From Spirochaetia bacterium (GTDB lineage: Bacteria > Spirochaetota > Spirochaetia > UBA9216), in assembly GCA_963677925.2 (NCBI GenBank), contig CAXXYH010000003.1, positions 1,760,001-1,824,000 of the forward strand: a DNA stretch of 64,000 nucleotides. The letters run 5' to 3'. Numbering within the stretch: position 1 is the stretch's first letter; each line of letters begins with the position of its first letter. Both the position numbers and the translations under genes were made by a program. Shown in pieces: positions 1 through 9,269 of this stretch. The notes beneath the pieces were generated by a model, which saw only the letters and a program-made list of their open reading frames with translations, did no database searches and was not told the DNA's origin.

Positions 1-75
1 GTATGTCTCAAGATCGACATATTCGCTGAAATCAAAATTAAAAATCATCCTTTTTTCATCAACCACCGTTTTCAA
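1..75 (-). CDS. 5' end of a probable NuoF/HydB-like NADH-binding subunit (runs off the window)
   Basis: Open frame TTG(75)-KTVVDEKRMIFNFDFSEYVDLETY... begins 2 nt after the NuoE-like stop; alternative ATG at 48. Identity inferred mainly from gene order. Confidence 0.45.
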   Translation of the reverse strand, partial: MKTVVDEKRMIFNFDFSEYVDLETY

Positions 76-76
76 A

Positions 77-511
77 TTATTCCTCCGTTGTTTCCCTAAT
101 CAGCCTGACAGCTTCCTCCGGATCAAGGTTTCCATACACCTCATCATCAATTCTGATTGCAGGAGACATATAGCAGGCCCCCAGACAGTTAACGCTTTCA
201 AGCGTATACATCCCGTCTTCAGTAGTTTCACCCGGGACTATCCCTAATTCCTGCTGTATGGCAGCCTGTACTTCCGCCTTACCCGCGTTTTCGCATGGAG
301 CGTTTGTACATATCCTGACAAGATGACGACCTCTTGGTTCCAGTGAGATTTCGCTGTAGAAGGATGCTGTCGAATAAACCCGGCTTTTTGTGACATTCAA
401 TTCACGGGCTATCCGTCCAACCTCTTCCTCGCTGACATAGTTTTTTCCGCTGAAGCTCTGGGCATCCAGCAGAAGCTGAAGCAGCGAAGGTTCGCTTAAA
501 ATGGCTTTCAT
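77..511 (-). CDS. NuoE/HydC-family [2Fe-2S] thioredoxin-like subunit
   Basis: ASFY...CTNAPC...CLGACYMSP motif; ATG at 511 follows an AGGGG SD-like sequence (track start 547 also possible). Confidence 0.85.
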   Translation of the reverse strand: MKAILSEPSLLQLLLDAQSFSGKNYVSEEEVGRIARELNVTKSRVYSTASFYSEISLEPRGRHLVRICTNAPCENAGKAEVQAAIQQELGIVPGETTEDGMYTLESVNCLGACYMSPAIRIDDEVYGNLDPEEAVRLIRETTEE

Positions 512-801
512 AATCGACCCCCTTTTTTTACTTGCACCATCTTTCACATTATTTATTTTTTATTGCACCTTCAGATTGTTTAAAAAATTATAAAAATGCT
601 TTTTAATTTTGTCAATAAAATTCTTTACTTCACAACAAATTTATTTTTATGCGCCTTTTATATCATATAGACATTACAGCATTACACAGAGGTAATAAAC
701 AAATACAGTTTGGATCATAAATGTATTGAATTGATGGTTCGGTAAAATTAAATTGTTTTTTTAGTAAGAATTATGGCCTGTGGAGATTAAATAAATGAGA
801 A

Positions 802-2157
802 CTATTTCTTCTTTGGGTAGGTTACCTTGAAATCAACACCTGACTTTTTAATCTTGTAAATTGTATCTTCAAGCGCAGCCCTGCAGGAACCGTCAAATTT
901 TGTAACCTGACTAAGATCAAGCAGGATTTCTTTCCTTTTTTTCTGTGATTCATGTTCGAGAATATTATAAAGATACTGATAATTCGGAAGCGTCATTGCC
1001 CCGCTGACCCTGAAACGTCCGGGCTTTGTGGAGTCAAGCATTATACTAAGCGGCAGGTTCCATTCTTCCAGCGGGGAAATATCATGATGCTCGCTTTCAT
1101 ATTTAACAATCAGCTCGTTGGTGTTCCGCAGACGCTGAACAAGACCCCTGATTAATTCCAGAAACCAGGATGGAACATTATATACATTATTATAAAAATC
1201 TCTTACATCAATGACATGCACTATAGATCTACGGTCTGCTACAACATCAGCCGAACGTATTCCCTCTTTGATAAGTGCCATCTCACCTAGAATATCACCG
1301 CTCTCGGCCGTTGCCAGGGTAATCCGTCCGTTTGAAGTTTCTCTGGAAATTGTAAAACTTCCGTTTTTGACATAGTACATTACATTTTCTATTGCACCCT
1401 GTCTGATGAGAAAATCATCCTTCTCAATATTTCTTACAGGAATGTCAGTCTTTGACAGAATGTTCTGCAGGCCCTTTATTGAAAGTACCTTGTCACGGAT
1501 CAGCTGAATATTCTCAATACGGATACGCTGCTCTGCAACATCGTGTGATTTTATTAAAGTATATATGAAGTTTATTCCGCCCTGATCGATATCTATTACA
1601 TCAGAAAAATCCAGAACAAGAGTCCAGTCTGGCCGGACTCTCATTTCCCTGATTTTCTTATTTACAGCCTCTATTGAGGATTCTGAAAAACGTCCCTTCA
1701 GAAACAATCTGCGTGTTTTACGATCACTTGAAACGGTTTTAATTCCAGTCTGCTCAGAATCAACCAGAGGTTCTATAACAGGCTGCTTTCCGTCGTGCCC
1801 TGAAATATAATCACTAAGCTGTTCGGTAGTAGTTCTTATTCGGCGGACCAGGACCTTGGCAACAGAGACAGCCCAGGATGACAGACCGAAGAGCTCATCA
1901 TCAAGGATCTCGGAGGGAATTTCATTCACCAGAACATCGGATGCAGCTATAACACTGGCGGATCTCTTTACACCGGTAAGAAAGGACATCTCTCCGACAT
2001 ACTGGCCCCGGCCGAGTTCTGTTATCAGGATGTTTTTCCCGTCTTTCTCAATCATCACACTGACCGTACCGGATCTGATTATGTACATATTCCTGGTTGA
2101 GTCGCCAGCCTTGAAGAGAATTTCACCTTTGTTGAAACGAATCAGTCTGGAATTCAT
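802..2157 (-). CDS. cyclic-nucleotide-binding / STAS tandem-domain protein (cNMP-STAS-cNMP-STAS)
   Basis: Two cNMP cassettes (GEMSF..RSASV; GEMAL..RSADV), each followed by a STAS-like motif (LVLDFSDVIDIDQGG; ILLDLSQVTKFDGSC). Confidence 0.75.
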   Translation of the reverse strand: MNSRLIRFNKGEILFKAGDSTRNMYIIRSGTVSVMIEKDGKNILITELGRGQYVGEMSFLTGVKRSASVIAASDVLVNEIPSEILDDELFGLSSWAVSVAKVLVRRIRTTTEQLSDYISGHDGKQPVIEPLVDSEQTGIKTVSSDRKTRRLFLKGRFSESSIEAVNKKIREMRVRPDWTLVLDFSDVIDIDQGGINFIYTLIKSHDVAEQRIRIENIQLIRDKVLSIKGLQNILSKTDIPVRNIEKDDFLIRQGAIENVMYYVKNGSFTISRETSNGRITLATAESGDILGEMALIKEGIRSADVVADRRSIVHVIDVRDFYNNVYNVPSWFLELIRGLVQRLRNTNELIVKYESEHHDISPLEEWNLPLSIMLDSTKPGRFRVSGAMTLPNYQYLYNILEHESQKKRKEILLDLSQVTKFDGSCRAALEDTIYKIKKSGVDFKVTYPKKK

Positions 2158-2226
2158 ATATCAAGAATAATCGAGATCCCGGTTTTTTTCAATTACAGAA
2201 TAAAAATATGGATTTATAATTAATTT

Positions 2227-3204
2227 ATGAAACAGGCAAAGAATATAAAGAAAGAACCCCATGAACTGGCGGTAATAGCTCTGGGCGGAAATGCCATAAT
2301 ACGTAAGGGTGAAAAGGGCGATATACATGAACAGTTCGCCAATACCAGAGAGTCTATGGGCCCGGTGGTAAGCCTGCTGAATAAGGGTTTCAATTTTGTT
2401 CTGACCCATGGAAACGGACCGCAGGTTGGGAATCTGATGCTGATGGTGGATTACGCCAAAGAGAAGGTCCCTGATACCCCTCTGGGAGTTGCTGATGCAA
2501 TGACTGAAGGTTCCATGGGATACATGATCGAGCAGTGCCTTCAGAATATGATGATCAGGGCCGGAATCTGGCGAAATGTAGTAACCATCCCTACTCAGGT
2601 CCTGGTGGATCAGCATGATCCATCTCTGAAGAATCCGACAAAACCTATAGGGCCCTTCTACACCGAAAAGGAAGCGGAGACCCTGGCCGAGGCTACCGGC
2701 TGGACAATAAGGGAGGATTCCGGAAGGGGCTGGCGCAGATACGTTGCATCACCCTATCCGATTGATATAGTTGAGAAGGATGCAATAAAGCTGCTGCTTG
2801 AACAGAATTACGTGGTTATAGCCGGAGGCGGCGGCGGTATTCCTGTTTTCTATGAGAAGGATAAGACTCTTGAAGGGATTGACTGTGTAATTGACAAGGA
2901 TCTGGCCAGCATGAAACTGGCTCTTGCAGTAGGAGCTAAAACCTTCATCATTATTACCGGAGTTTCCCATGTCTCACTAAATTTCGGGAAGCCGGATGAA
3001 CAACATCTGGACCGGATGACACTTGCCGAAGCAAGATATTACTATAACGAGGGTCATTTCGGAGTGGGATCAATGGCGCCGAAAGTGATGGCGGCTATTG
3101 AGTTTATTCAGGCGAACCCGCAGCACAAGGTAATTATCACGGATGTTGAAAACCTTGAAGCATCTCTTGAAGGAAAAGCCGGAACAACAGTTGTCGCATA
3201 CTAG
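2227..3204 (+). CDS. arcC: carbamate kinase
   Basis: VIALGGNA, THGNGPQVG, PTKPIGPFY, GGGGIPV, IDKDLAS, GSMAPK motifs. Confidence 0.95.
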   Translation: MKQAKNIKKEPHELAVIALGGNAIIRKGEKGDIHEQFANTRESMGPVVSLLNKGFNFVLTHGNGPQVGNLMLMVDYAKEKVPDTPLGVADAMTEGSMGYMIEQCLQNMMIRAGIWRNVVTIPTQVLVDQHDPSLKNPTKPIGPFYTEKEAETLAEATGWTIREDSGRGWRRYVASPYPIDIVEKDAIKLLLEQNYVVIAGGGGGIPVFYEKDKTLEGIDCVIDKDLASMKLALAVGAKTFIIITGVSHVSLNFGKPDEQHLDRMTLAEARYYYNEGHFGVGSMAPKVMAAIEFIQANPQHKVIITDVENLEASLEGKAGTTVVAY

Positions 3205-3217
3205 AAAGACGTCCTGA

Positions 3218-4117
3218 TTAAAAAGCAGCAGTGTCAGAGTCCGGCAGTTCACTGAGCAGCATCGAACAGATCCCGAGGACTCCTGCATCGTTGATGTTCT
3301 CGGCTTTTAGAATTTGGACCTTCTCTCCGCTTACAGAAAAGGCTTTCCGCCTTATTTCACATTCAAGCGGTTTGAGCAGAAAATCACCCAGGTTGCCCAG
3401 TCCGCCGCCTATCACTACAGCCGCAGGATTCAGCAGGGTTACAACATTTGAGATCCCTGTCCCAAGGTATTCAAGCAGATGCTCAAAAGCTTTCACCGCT
3501 GAAGACTCTCCATTTTCATAGAGAGTCTTCATATTCTCAGCTGAGACAGAAAAAAGCTCTTCAACAGCCTTGCCTGAGGCTAACTTGTACAGCTCTCCGC
3601 CGCCGGGGAAGATGATGTGGCTAAGCTCGCCTGCGGCACCATGAGCACCCTTATAAACCCTTCCGTCTATGATGATTCCGCAGCCGATCCCCGTACTGAT
3701 ACTGATGTACACAAAATCACTTATATCACGGCCTGCACCGAAGGCTGCTTCACCCGCAGCTGCGGCACGGGCATCGTTTTCAGCGTAAATAAAGGTGCCA
3801 TAGCGCTGCTGAAGTATTTTTCTTATTTCAATATTTTTCCAGCCCTTCAGATTAGGGCAGTCAAATGAGATGCCTGATTTTGAATCGACTGGACCGGGAA
3901 GAGCTATGCCTATTCCTGAAAGCTCACCCGCAGAAAGACCTCCGTCTGTAAGAAGATTATCAATTGTGCCGCAGATATCCTCAATTACATCAGTGCAACC
4001 CCGCTCGGCACCGGTATCTATTCTTAATCTGCCCAGAATCCTGAAATCATCTCCATATTCCGCCAGCACGGAAGCTATCTTGGTCCCGCCGACATCGACG
4101 CCAATAATTCTTTTCAC
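3218..4117 (-). CDS. ROK-family sugar kinase (possible beta-glucoside kinase)
   Basis: GVDVGGTK, ENDARAAA, STGIGCG, GELSH; lacks the CxCGxxGC zinc motif; directly downstream of the GH4 gene. Confidence 0.85.
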   Translation of the reverse strand: MKRIIGVDVGGTKIASVLAEYGDDFRILGRLRIDTGAERGCTDVIEDICGTIDNLLTDGGLSAGELSGIGIALPGPVDSKSGISFDCPNLKGWKNIEIRKILQQRYGTFIYAENDARAAAAGEAAFGAGRDISDFVYISISTGIGCGIIIDGRVYKGAHGAAGELSHIIFPGGGELYKLASGKAVEELFSVSAENMKTLYENGESSAVKAFEHLLEYLGTGISNVVTLLNPAAVVIGGGLGNLGDFLLKPLECEIRRKAFSVSGEKVQILKAENINDAGVLGICSMLLSELPDSDTAAF

Positions 4118-4125
4118 AGAATGCC

Positions 4126-5448
4126 TCAGCGCTCAGCGAACTGCGGTAGAAACTCTTTATGAGCTTCAAGCATTTCATCAAATATTACTCTTGCCAGCTT
4201 ATCAGATGCGACAAGCGGATTTATAGCAAGGGCAAGAACTCCTGTGTTGTAATCTCCTGTCACAGCAGCTTCGGCAGCTGTCCGCTCAAAGGATTTAATC
4301 TGCTGTATAAGTCCCTTCACCGGCACCGGAAGTTCGCCTCTGACAGCAGTCTCGGGACCAGTGCCCGTGATTCGGCAGTTTATCTCGACAGCAGATTCAT
4401 AGGGAAGATCGCTGATAGCACCCCTGTTCATGGTGTTAACTGTCTGAATATCACCCTTATTATTATAAATGGAATTGATGAGGCTGCATGCTGCATCACT
4501 GTAGTAAGCCCCGCCGCGGTTCTCAAGCTGTGCCGGTTTGACATTAAGCGACGGGTCCCTGTAAAGCTCGAAAAGCTCGGTTTCCATAGCCTTTACCTTC
4601 TCGGCTCTTGTACCGTTATGACGATACTCTTCAAGGGCCTCTTCCACCATCTCGTCAGTTTTATAGTAGTAGCGGTGGTAGGGACAGGGCAGTATTTTCA
4701 GCCCCTTAATAAATTCCGGTTCCCATTCAATCGGAGGAATATTACTCATCGTAATTCGGCCCTTCGATTCTATTATGATATCAGGAATCTGCGCAGAGAT
4801 ATCTTCACCGTCAAGATAGGTTTTAAGGCCGAAAACCATGTGATTAAGGCCGGCAAAATCAACTTTCAGCCTTTCGATATCCACGCCCATAACGCCGGCC
4901 AGAGCCTTGTGAATACCTATCGGGACATTGCAGAGACCTACAACTCTTTTATGATCTGAATATCTAAGAAGGGCTTCGGTTACCATTCCGGCCGGATTAG
5001 AAAAATTCACAAGCCAGGCTTCCGGACATAATTCAACAATCTCATCGGCAATTTGAAGAATTACCGGGATGGTCCGGAGTCCAAGAAACAGGCCTCCGGC
5101 TCCGTTTGTCTCCTGCCCCAGAACACCGTGTGAAAGCGGAATTTTTTCATCCTTTATCCGGCCGTCCATTCCCCCTACCCTTATCTGGGTAGTTACAAAA
5201 TCGGCTCCCGGAAGCGCAGCCCGGCGATCAGTAGTAGTGATAATTTTCATGGGAACCCCGGCCTTATCGACCATCCGTTTTGCAAGCTCCCCCACTGTTT
5301 CAAGTTTCTCAAGGCCGCTTTCAATATCAACAAGCCACAATTCTTTTACGGGCAGTTCATCGTAGCGTTTGATAAAACCTTCTACCAGTTCAGGCGTATA
5401 GCTTGAACCGCCTCCAATTGTAACTATTTTTACAGCTTTATTTTTCAT
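4126..5448 (-). CDS. 6-phospho-beta-glucosidase, glycoside hydrolase family 4 (LicH/CelF-like)
   Basis: KIVTIGGGSSYTPE, GQETNGAGG, GLCNVP, GLNH, RGGAYYS; ATG 5448 preceded by GGAGG. Confidence 0.93.
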   Translation of the reverse strand: MKNKAVKIVTIGGGSSYTPELVEGFIKRYDELPVKELWLVDIESGLEKLETVGELAKRMVDKAGVPMKIITTTDRRAALPGADFVTTQIRVGGMDGRIKDEKIPLSHGVLGQETNGAGGLFLGLRTIPVILQIADEIVELCPEAWLVNFSNPAGMVTEALLRYSDHKRVVGLCNVPIGIHKALAGVMGVDIERLKVDFAGLNHMVFGLKTYLDGEDISAQIPDIIIESKGRITMSNIPPIEWEPEFIKGLKILPCPYHRYYYKTDEMVEEALEEYRHNGTRAEKVKAMETELFELYRDPSLNVKPAQLENRGGAYYSDAACSLINSIYNNKGDIQTVNTMNRGAISDLPYESAVEINCRITGTGPETAVRGELPVPVKGLIQQIKSFERTAAEAAVTGDYNTGVLALAINPLVASDKLARVIFDEMLEAHKEFLPQFAER

Positions 5449-5472
5449 GAATAATCCTCCGCTGCGGAAATG

Positions 5473-5498
5473 TAAAAATGTGACCGCACACATTTTTA
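5473..5498. promoter_or_regulatory. LacI-type operator palindrome upstream of the GH4 gene
   Basis: TAAAAATGTG-ACCGCA-CACATTTTTA: perfect 10-bp arms with a central CG, just downstream of the predicted promoter and next to a LacI gene. Confidence 0.75.
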
Positions 5499-5525
5499 TC
5501 ATAACATAAATTTAAACTATGTCAA
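5498..5525 (-). promoter_or_regulatory. sigma70-type promoter for the GH4-ROK unit
   Basis: Minus strand TTGACA(5525-5520)-16 nt-TATGAT(5503-5498) with an extended TG. Confidence 0.6.
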
Positions 5526-6530
5526 TGCAAGACATGAGCTTCGTACTATGAATTCAGAAGCAAGGATCACCTCATCAGGAACTGAGTTTTTACCGGAGAT
5601 AACCGCCATCATCATATCAACAGCAGCAACAGCAATCTTTTCCACAGGCTGCCTGACAGTAGTCAAGGAGGGAGTTATAAACGAAGAATACTGAAGATCA
5701 TCAAAACCGGCAACCGATAAATCCTCCGGCAGTTTAAGACCGGCATCATGAGCCGCCTTAATCATTCCCATAGCCATATAATCATTGGAACAGAACACTG
5801 CAGTAGGAGGATTTTCCCGAGTCATAAGCTCCGAATAGGCTCTGTAACCGCTCTCCAGAGACCAGTCACCGTAATATATCAGCTTTTCATCAGCAGGCTG
5901 TCCGGCGTCCTCAAGCTTCAGTCTGTACCCTTTCAGCCTGTCAGCTGCGTTTATTTCTTCTATATTGCCGCTGACGAAGCCTATCCGCTTGTGACCAAGC
6001 TCCAGAAGATGGGAGACAACACGGGCCGCACTTCCTGTATTATCAACATCAACAAAATTGAATTTCTTCCCCCTGCTTCTGCCCAGAACTACAGTAAAGG
6101 GTATATCATCACCTGAAAGTTTCTCGAGGAAAGGAGCCTCAAACGGGGGAGCAAAAACCATCAGCCCGTCAACCTTTCCCTCCTTATACAGTCCTGAATG
6201 ATCGCTAGCAGAGAGCTCATCATCATGAAGAGATCCCAGAAACAGACTGTAACCGTTTTGTTTGAGCTGTTTTTCAACGGAAAAAAGAAGTTCAATATAA
6301 AAAGGTGCAGTAAGAAGGTATTCTTTTTTCGGGAGAACTATTCCGATGTTATAGGTTTTTCTGTTATTGAGTGCCCTTGCAGCCGCGTTGGGATGGTAGC
6401 CAAGTTCCTCAATCGCCTTAAGGACCCGTTCCTCGGTTTCCTTTTTGACGTTGCCGCATTTATTGACGACTCTTGAAACCGTCATATATGAAACATTGGC
6501 TCTTTTTGCCACATCCTGCTGTGAAACCAC
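5517..6530 (-). CDS. LacI-family transcriptional regulator
   Basis: N-terminal DVAKRANVSYMTVSRVVN HTH, YHPNAAARAL, LSVAGFDD, LTTVRQP. Confidence 0.95.
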   Translation of the reverse strand: MVSQQDVAKRANVSYMTVSRVVNKCGNVKKETEERVLKAIEELGYHPNAAARALNNRKTYNIGIVLPKKEYLLTAPFYIELLFSVEKQLKQNGYSLFLGSLHDDELSASDHSGLYKEGKVDGLMVFAPPFEAPFLEKLSGDDIPFTVVLGRSRGKKFNFVDVDNTGSAARVVSHLLELGHKRIGFVSGNIEEINAADRLKGYRLKLEDAGQPADEKLIYYGDWSLESGYRAYSELMTRENPPTAVFCSNDYMAMGMIKAAHDAGLKLPEDLSVAGFDDLQYSSFITPSLTTVRQPVEKIAVAAVDMMMAVISGKNSVPDEVILASEFIVRSSCLALT

Positions 6531-6549
6531 CCTGTTCTCCGTTTAAATA

Positions 6550-7308
6550 TTAAAGGTGATCTTTAGGAAAAATTATCTCTACTCCGGCCTCTTTGAAGAT
6601 GCCGATATACTCATCAGATATATTCCGGTCGGTAATCAGGTATTGAATATCTTCAACACCACAGTATTTAGACATCGCGATTTTACCGAATTTAGATGAA
6701 TCGGTAAGAATGAAGGTCTGAGGACTCCTTTTGATTATTACCGAGTTGATATCGGCGCGCATCATATCCTTTCCGGTAAAACCTGTGTTCTGCGCAAAGC
6801 CGTCAACACCAATAAATGCCTTGCTGAAGTTCAGATGCTTAAGACATTCCTTTACAAGGTTACCGACAACACACTCACTTTCCGGCTGATAGATTCCTCC
6901 GAGAAGAATAACTCTACCTTCGGAATTTTTTCCTATCTGTCTGGCTATGAAAGCATTCGATGTAATTATTGTAGTAGTCTTGCGCTGCTTGACTATTTCC
7001 TGAGCCAGAAGAGAGTTAATGGAACCCGATTCTATGAAGATGGTTTCCCCCTCTTCAACATAGGAAACAGCAGTCCGGGCAATGCTTAGCTTCTGTTCGT
7101 AATTTATACCCATCCGGTGGGATATATCATCTGTTTCATCAAGAACAGCACCGCCGTGAACCCTTTTGAGAAAGCCGTTGGATTCAAGAGATGTTAAATC
7201 CTGCCTTATAGTAGCGGGAGAGACATCAAGCCTTTCGGCAAGCTCATTAACAGCAGCTTTTTTTCCATCTGACATTATACTTAATATCTGTCTGTGTCGT
7301 TTATTCAT
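6550..7308 (-). CDS. DeoR/GlpR-family transcriptional regulator
   Basis: VSPATIRQDL..LE...RVHGGA HTH, IFIESGS, DSSKFG. Confidence 0.95.
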   Translation of the reverse strand: MNKRHRQILSIMSDGKKAAVNELAERLDVSPATIRQDLTSLESNGFLKRVHGGAVLDETDDISHRMGINYEQKLSIARTAVSYVEEGETIFIESGSINSLLAQEIVKQRKTTTIITSNAFIARQIGKNSEGRVILLGGIYQPESECVVGNLVKECLKHLNFSKAFIGVDGFAQNTGFTGKDMMRADINSVIIKRSPQTFILTDSSKFGKIAMSKYCGVEDIQYLITDRNISDEYIGIFKEAGVEIIFPKDHL

Positions 7309-7310
7309 AA

Positions 7311-8270
7311 TTATTCCAGTGTTAACGCAGCTGCTCCCAGTAATCCGGCATTGTTTCCCAGCGCAGAAGGTCGGATTTCGATTTTATCATACATCATTTT
7401 ATTCACGAGTGACAAGAATTTATGCTCAATCTGATCCAGATAAACCTCGCCGCAATTTGTGAGCCCTCCGCCGATTATAAAGATTTCGGGATTGAGTATC
7501 TGAAAAAGGTTATACAGACCGACACCAACGGCATCAGCTGAATCGCCAAGAACCTTCTTGGAAAGTGCATCTCCTTCCTCAAGGCCCCTCCGCATGGTAA
7601 GACCGTCAAAATTATCTACATTTGAAAGGTCCACACCTATCGTTGATGTCTCTCCGGCTTCGAGATATTTACGGTATAAAGCTGGAAGATACTGTCCGCT
7701 TGAAAGCGACATCATACAGCCGTAGTTTCCGCAGGAACATTGAATATCGGAATGGGGATCAATTATAGTATGACCTACCTCACCTGCAGTACCGGTCATT
7801 CCCCGGATGAGTTTTTTATCAATAATAATTCCGCATCCGACACCGGTACTTACAGTTAGAAAGATCATATCCGAAAAACTTTTGCCCGCACCGAAGCGGA
7901 ATTCTCCATAGGCCTGAGCATTTGCATCATTATCAAGAATTACATGGGTACGGAATTTTCGGGCTACCCGCTCCCGAATCGGATAATTGTTAAAACATGC
8001 CCTGAAGTTACTTGAAGTTATTATAAGTCCCTTCTTGTAGTTCACATGGCCGGCCATGCAGATACCTATGCCGTGAAGCTCTTCATCTGCCACACCGTTG
8101 TTATCCATCAGGCCACGGATAAGGCTTATAACCTTATCCGCTATCCCGTCACAGTCCATGTCTTTGTGATCATATATTTTCAGTTTTTCAACAAGGGTGC
8201 CGTCTTCAAGGAAGAGTCCCGCTGACAGCTTTGTGCCCCCGAGGTCTACTCCGCACAGATATTTTTTCAT
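7311..8270 (-). CDS. ROK-family sugar kinase (GRE locus)
   Basis: GVDLGGTK, DNDANAQA, STGVGCG, GEVGH..CSCGNYGC zinc motif; start taken at MKKYLCG (8270). Confidence 0.9.
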   Translation of the reverse strand: MKKYLCGVDLGGTKLSAGLFLEDGTLVEKLKIYDHKDMDCDGIADKVISLIRGLMDNNGVADEELHGIGICMAGHVNYKKGLIITSSNFRACFNNYPIRERVARKFRTHVILDNDANAQAYGEFRFGAGKSFSDMIFLTVSTGVGCGIIIDKKLIRGMTGTAGEVGHTIIDPHSDIQCSCGNYGCMMSLSSGQYLPALYRKYLEAGETSTIGVDLSNVDNFDGLTMRRGLEEGDALSKKVLGDSADAVGVGLYNLFQILNPEIFIIGGGLTNCGEVYLDQIEHKFLSLVNKMMYDKIEIRPSALGNNAGLLGAAALTLE

Positions 8271-8289
8271 ACAGCCTTCCGGAAAATCA

Positions 8290-9261
8290 TTATACAGCTT
8301 CTCTCTTTCGCTTTCTGCTGTAGCTGTCAAGACAAAGAATGGTTACAACAACAATTCCCCTTATTACTTCCTGAATATAGGGGCTGATCCGGAGCATGTT
8401 CATACTGTTTTCCATAACTCCGAAAACAAGGTAACCGAGCATGGCAAGAGGAGCTCCGCCGACTCCGCCGGCCAGGGAGGTACCGCCTACAACTACCGCA
8501 CTAATTACAACAAGCGGTATCCGGTCTCCGTAGATTGAATGGCCGGTATTAAGTGTTGAGGAAAGCAGTACACCCGAAAAGGATGCCGCAGCACCACAGA
8601 TAACATAGGTTGCGGCCTGGATTTTTTTAACACTGATTCCGGAATATTCAGCAACCTCGAAATCACCTCCGATTGCATAGATATTGCGTCCAAACTGGGT
8701 ATACCGGAGAAGGAAGTGGGTAATTACAAATACAACAAGCATAATGACAATCGAATTCGGTATAAATCCGAAAATTGTTCCGTTACCAATCATCATAAAT
8801 TCATAGTTGTCAGGTGTGATAGGGTGGGCGTCTGTAAGCTGCTGTGCAACACCGGTTAAAACCATTCCCATACCGAGAGTGATTATAAACGGAGCACATT
8901 TCTGATACACGACCAGAAATCCGTTCACAGCTCCAATCAGAGCACCGACAATAACCGCAAGGACTATCGACAGCCAGATCGGAACACCGGCATTCATGAA
9001 CATAATAGAAACTATTCCGCCAAGGCAGAGAGTACCTCCGATAGAAAGGTCTATTCCCTCACCTATAATTACAAGCGTAATTCCGAAAGCAAGAACTATA
9101 TAGATTGATGCGGAATTAAGCAGATCAAGCAGGTTGTAGCTTGTAAAGAAATATGTGGGAAAAAAGAGCATCAGTATAAACATTGCCAGAATAGCCATTA
9201 CCGCTTTCTGCCTTGTAAGCTTCTTTAAAATTGTTTTACCTTTAGGATAATTATTCATCAC
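8290..9261 (-). CDS. sugar ABC transporter permease (RbsC family)
   Basis: GIDLSIG, TQFGRNIYAIGG, AVVVGGTSLAGG motifs; multiple TM segments. Confidence 0.92.
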   Translation of the reverse strand: MMNNYPKGKTILKKLTRQKAVMAILAMFILMLFFPTYFFTSYNLLDLLNSASIYIVLAFGITLVIIGEGIDLSIGGTLCLGGIVSIMFMNAGVPIWLSIVLAVIVGALIGAVNGFLVVYQKCAPFIITLGMGMVLTGVAQQLTDAHPITPDNYEFMMIGNGTIFGFIPNSIVIMLVVFVITHFLLRYTQFGRNIYAIGGDFEVAEYSGISVKKIQAATYVICGAAASFSGVLLSSTLNTGHSIYGDRIPLVVISAVVVGGTSLAGGVGGAPLAMLGYLVFGVMENSMNMLRISPYIQEVIRGIVVVTILCLDSYSRKRKREAV

Positions 9262-9269
9262 CGCGCCTC

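Noticed and set aside
576-635. Possible Rex operator upstream of the NuoE-like operon (TTGTTTAAAAAATTATAA; half-site TTCACAA)
   Set aside because: Biologically plausible, but only partial matches in very AT-rich DNA.
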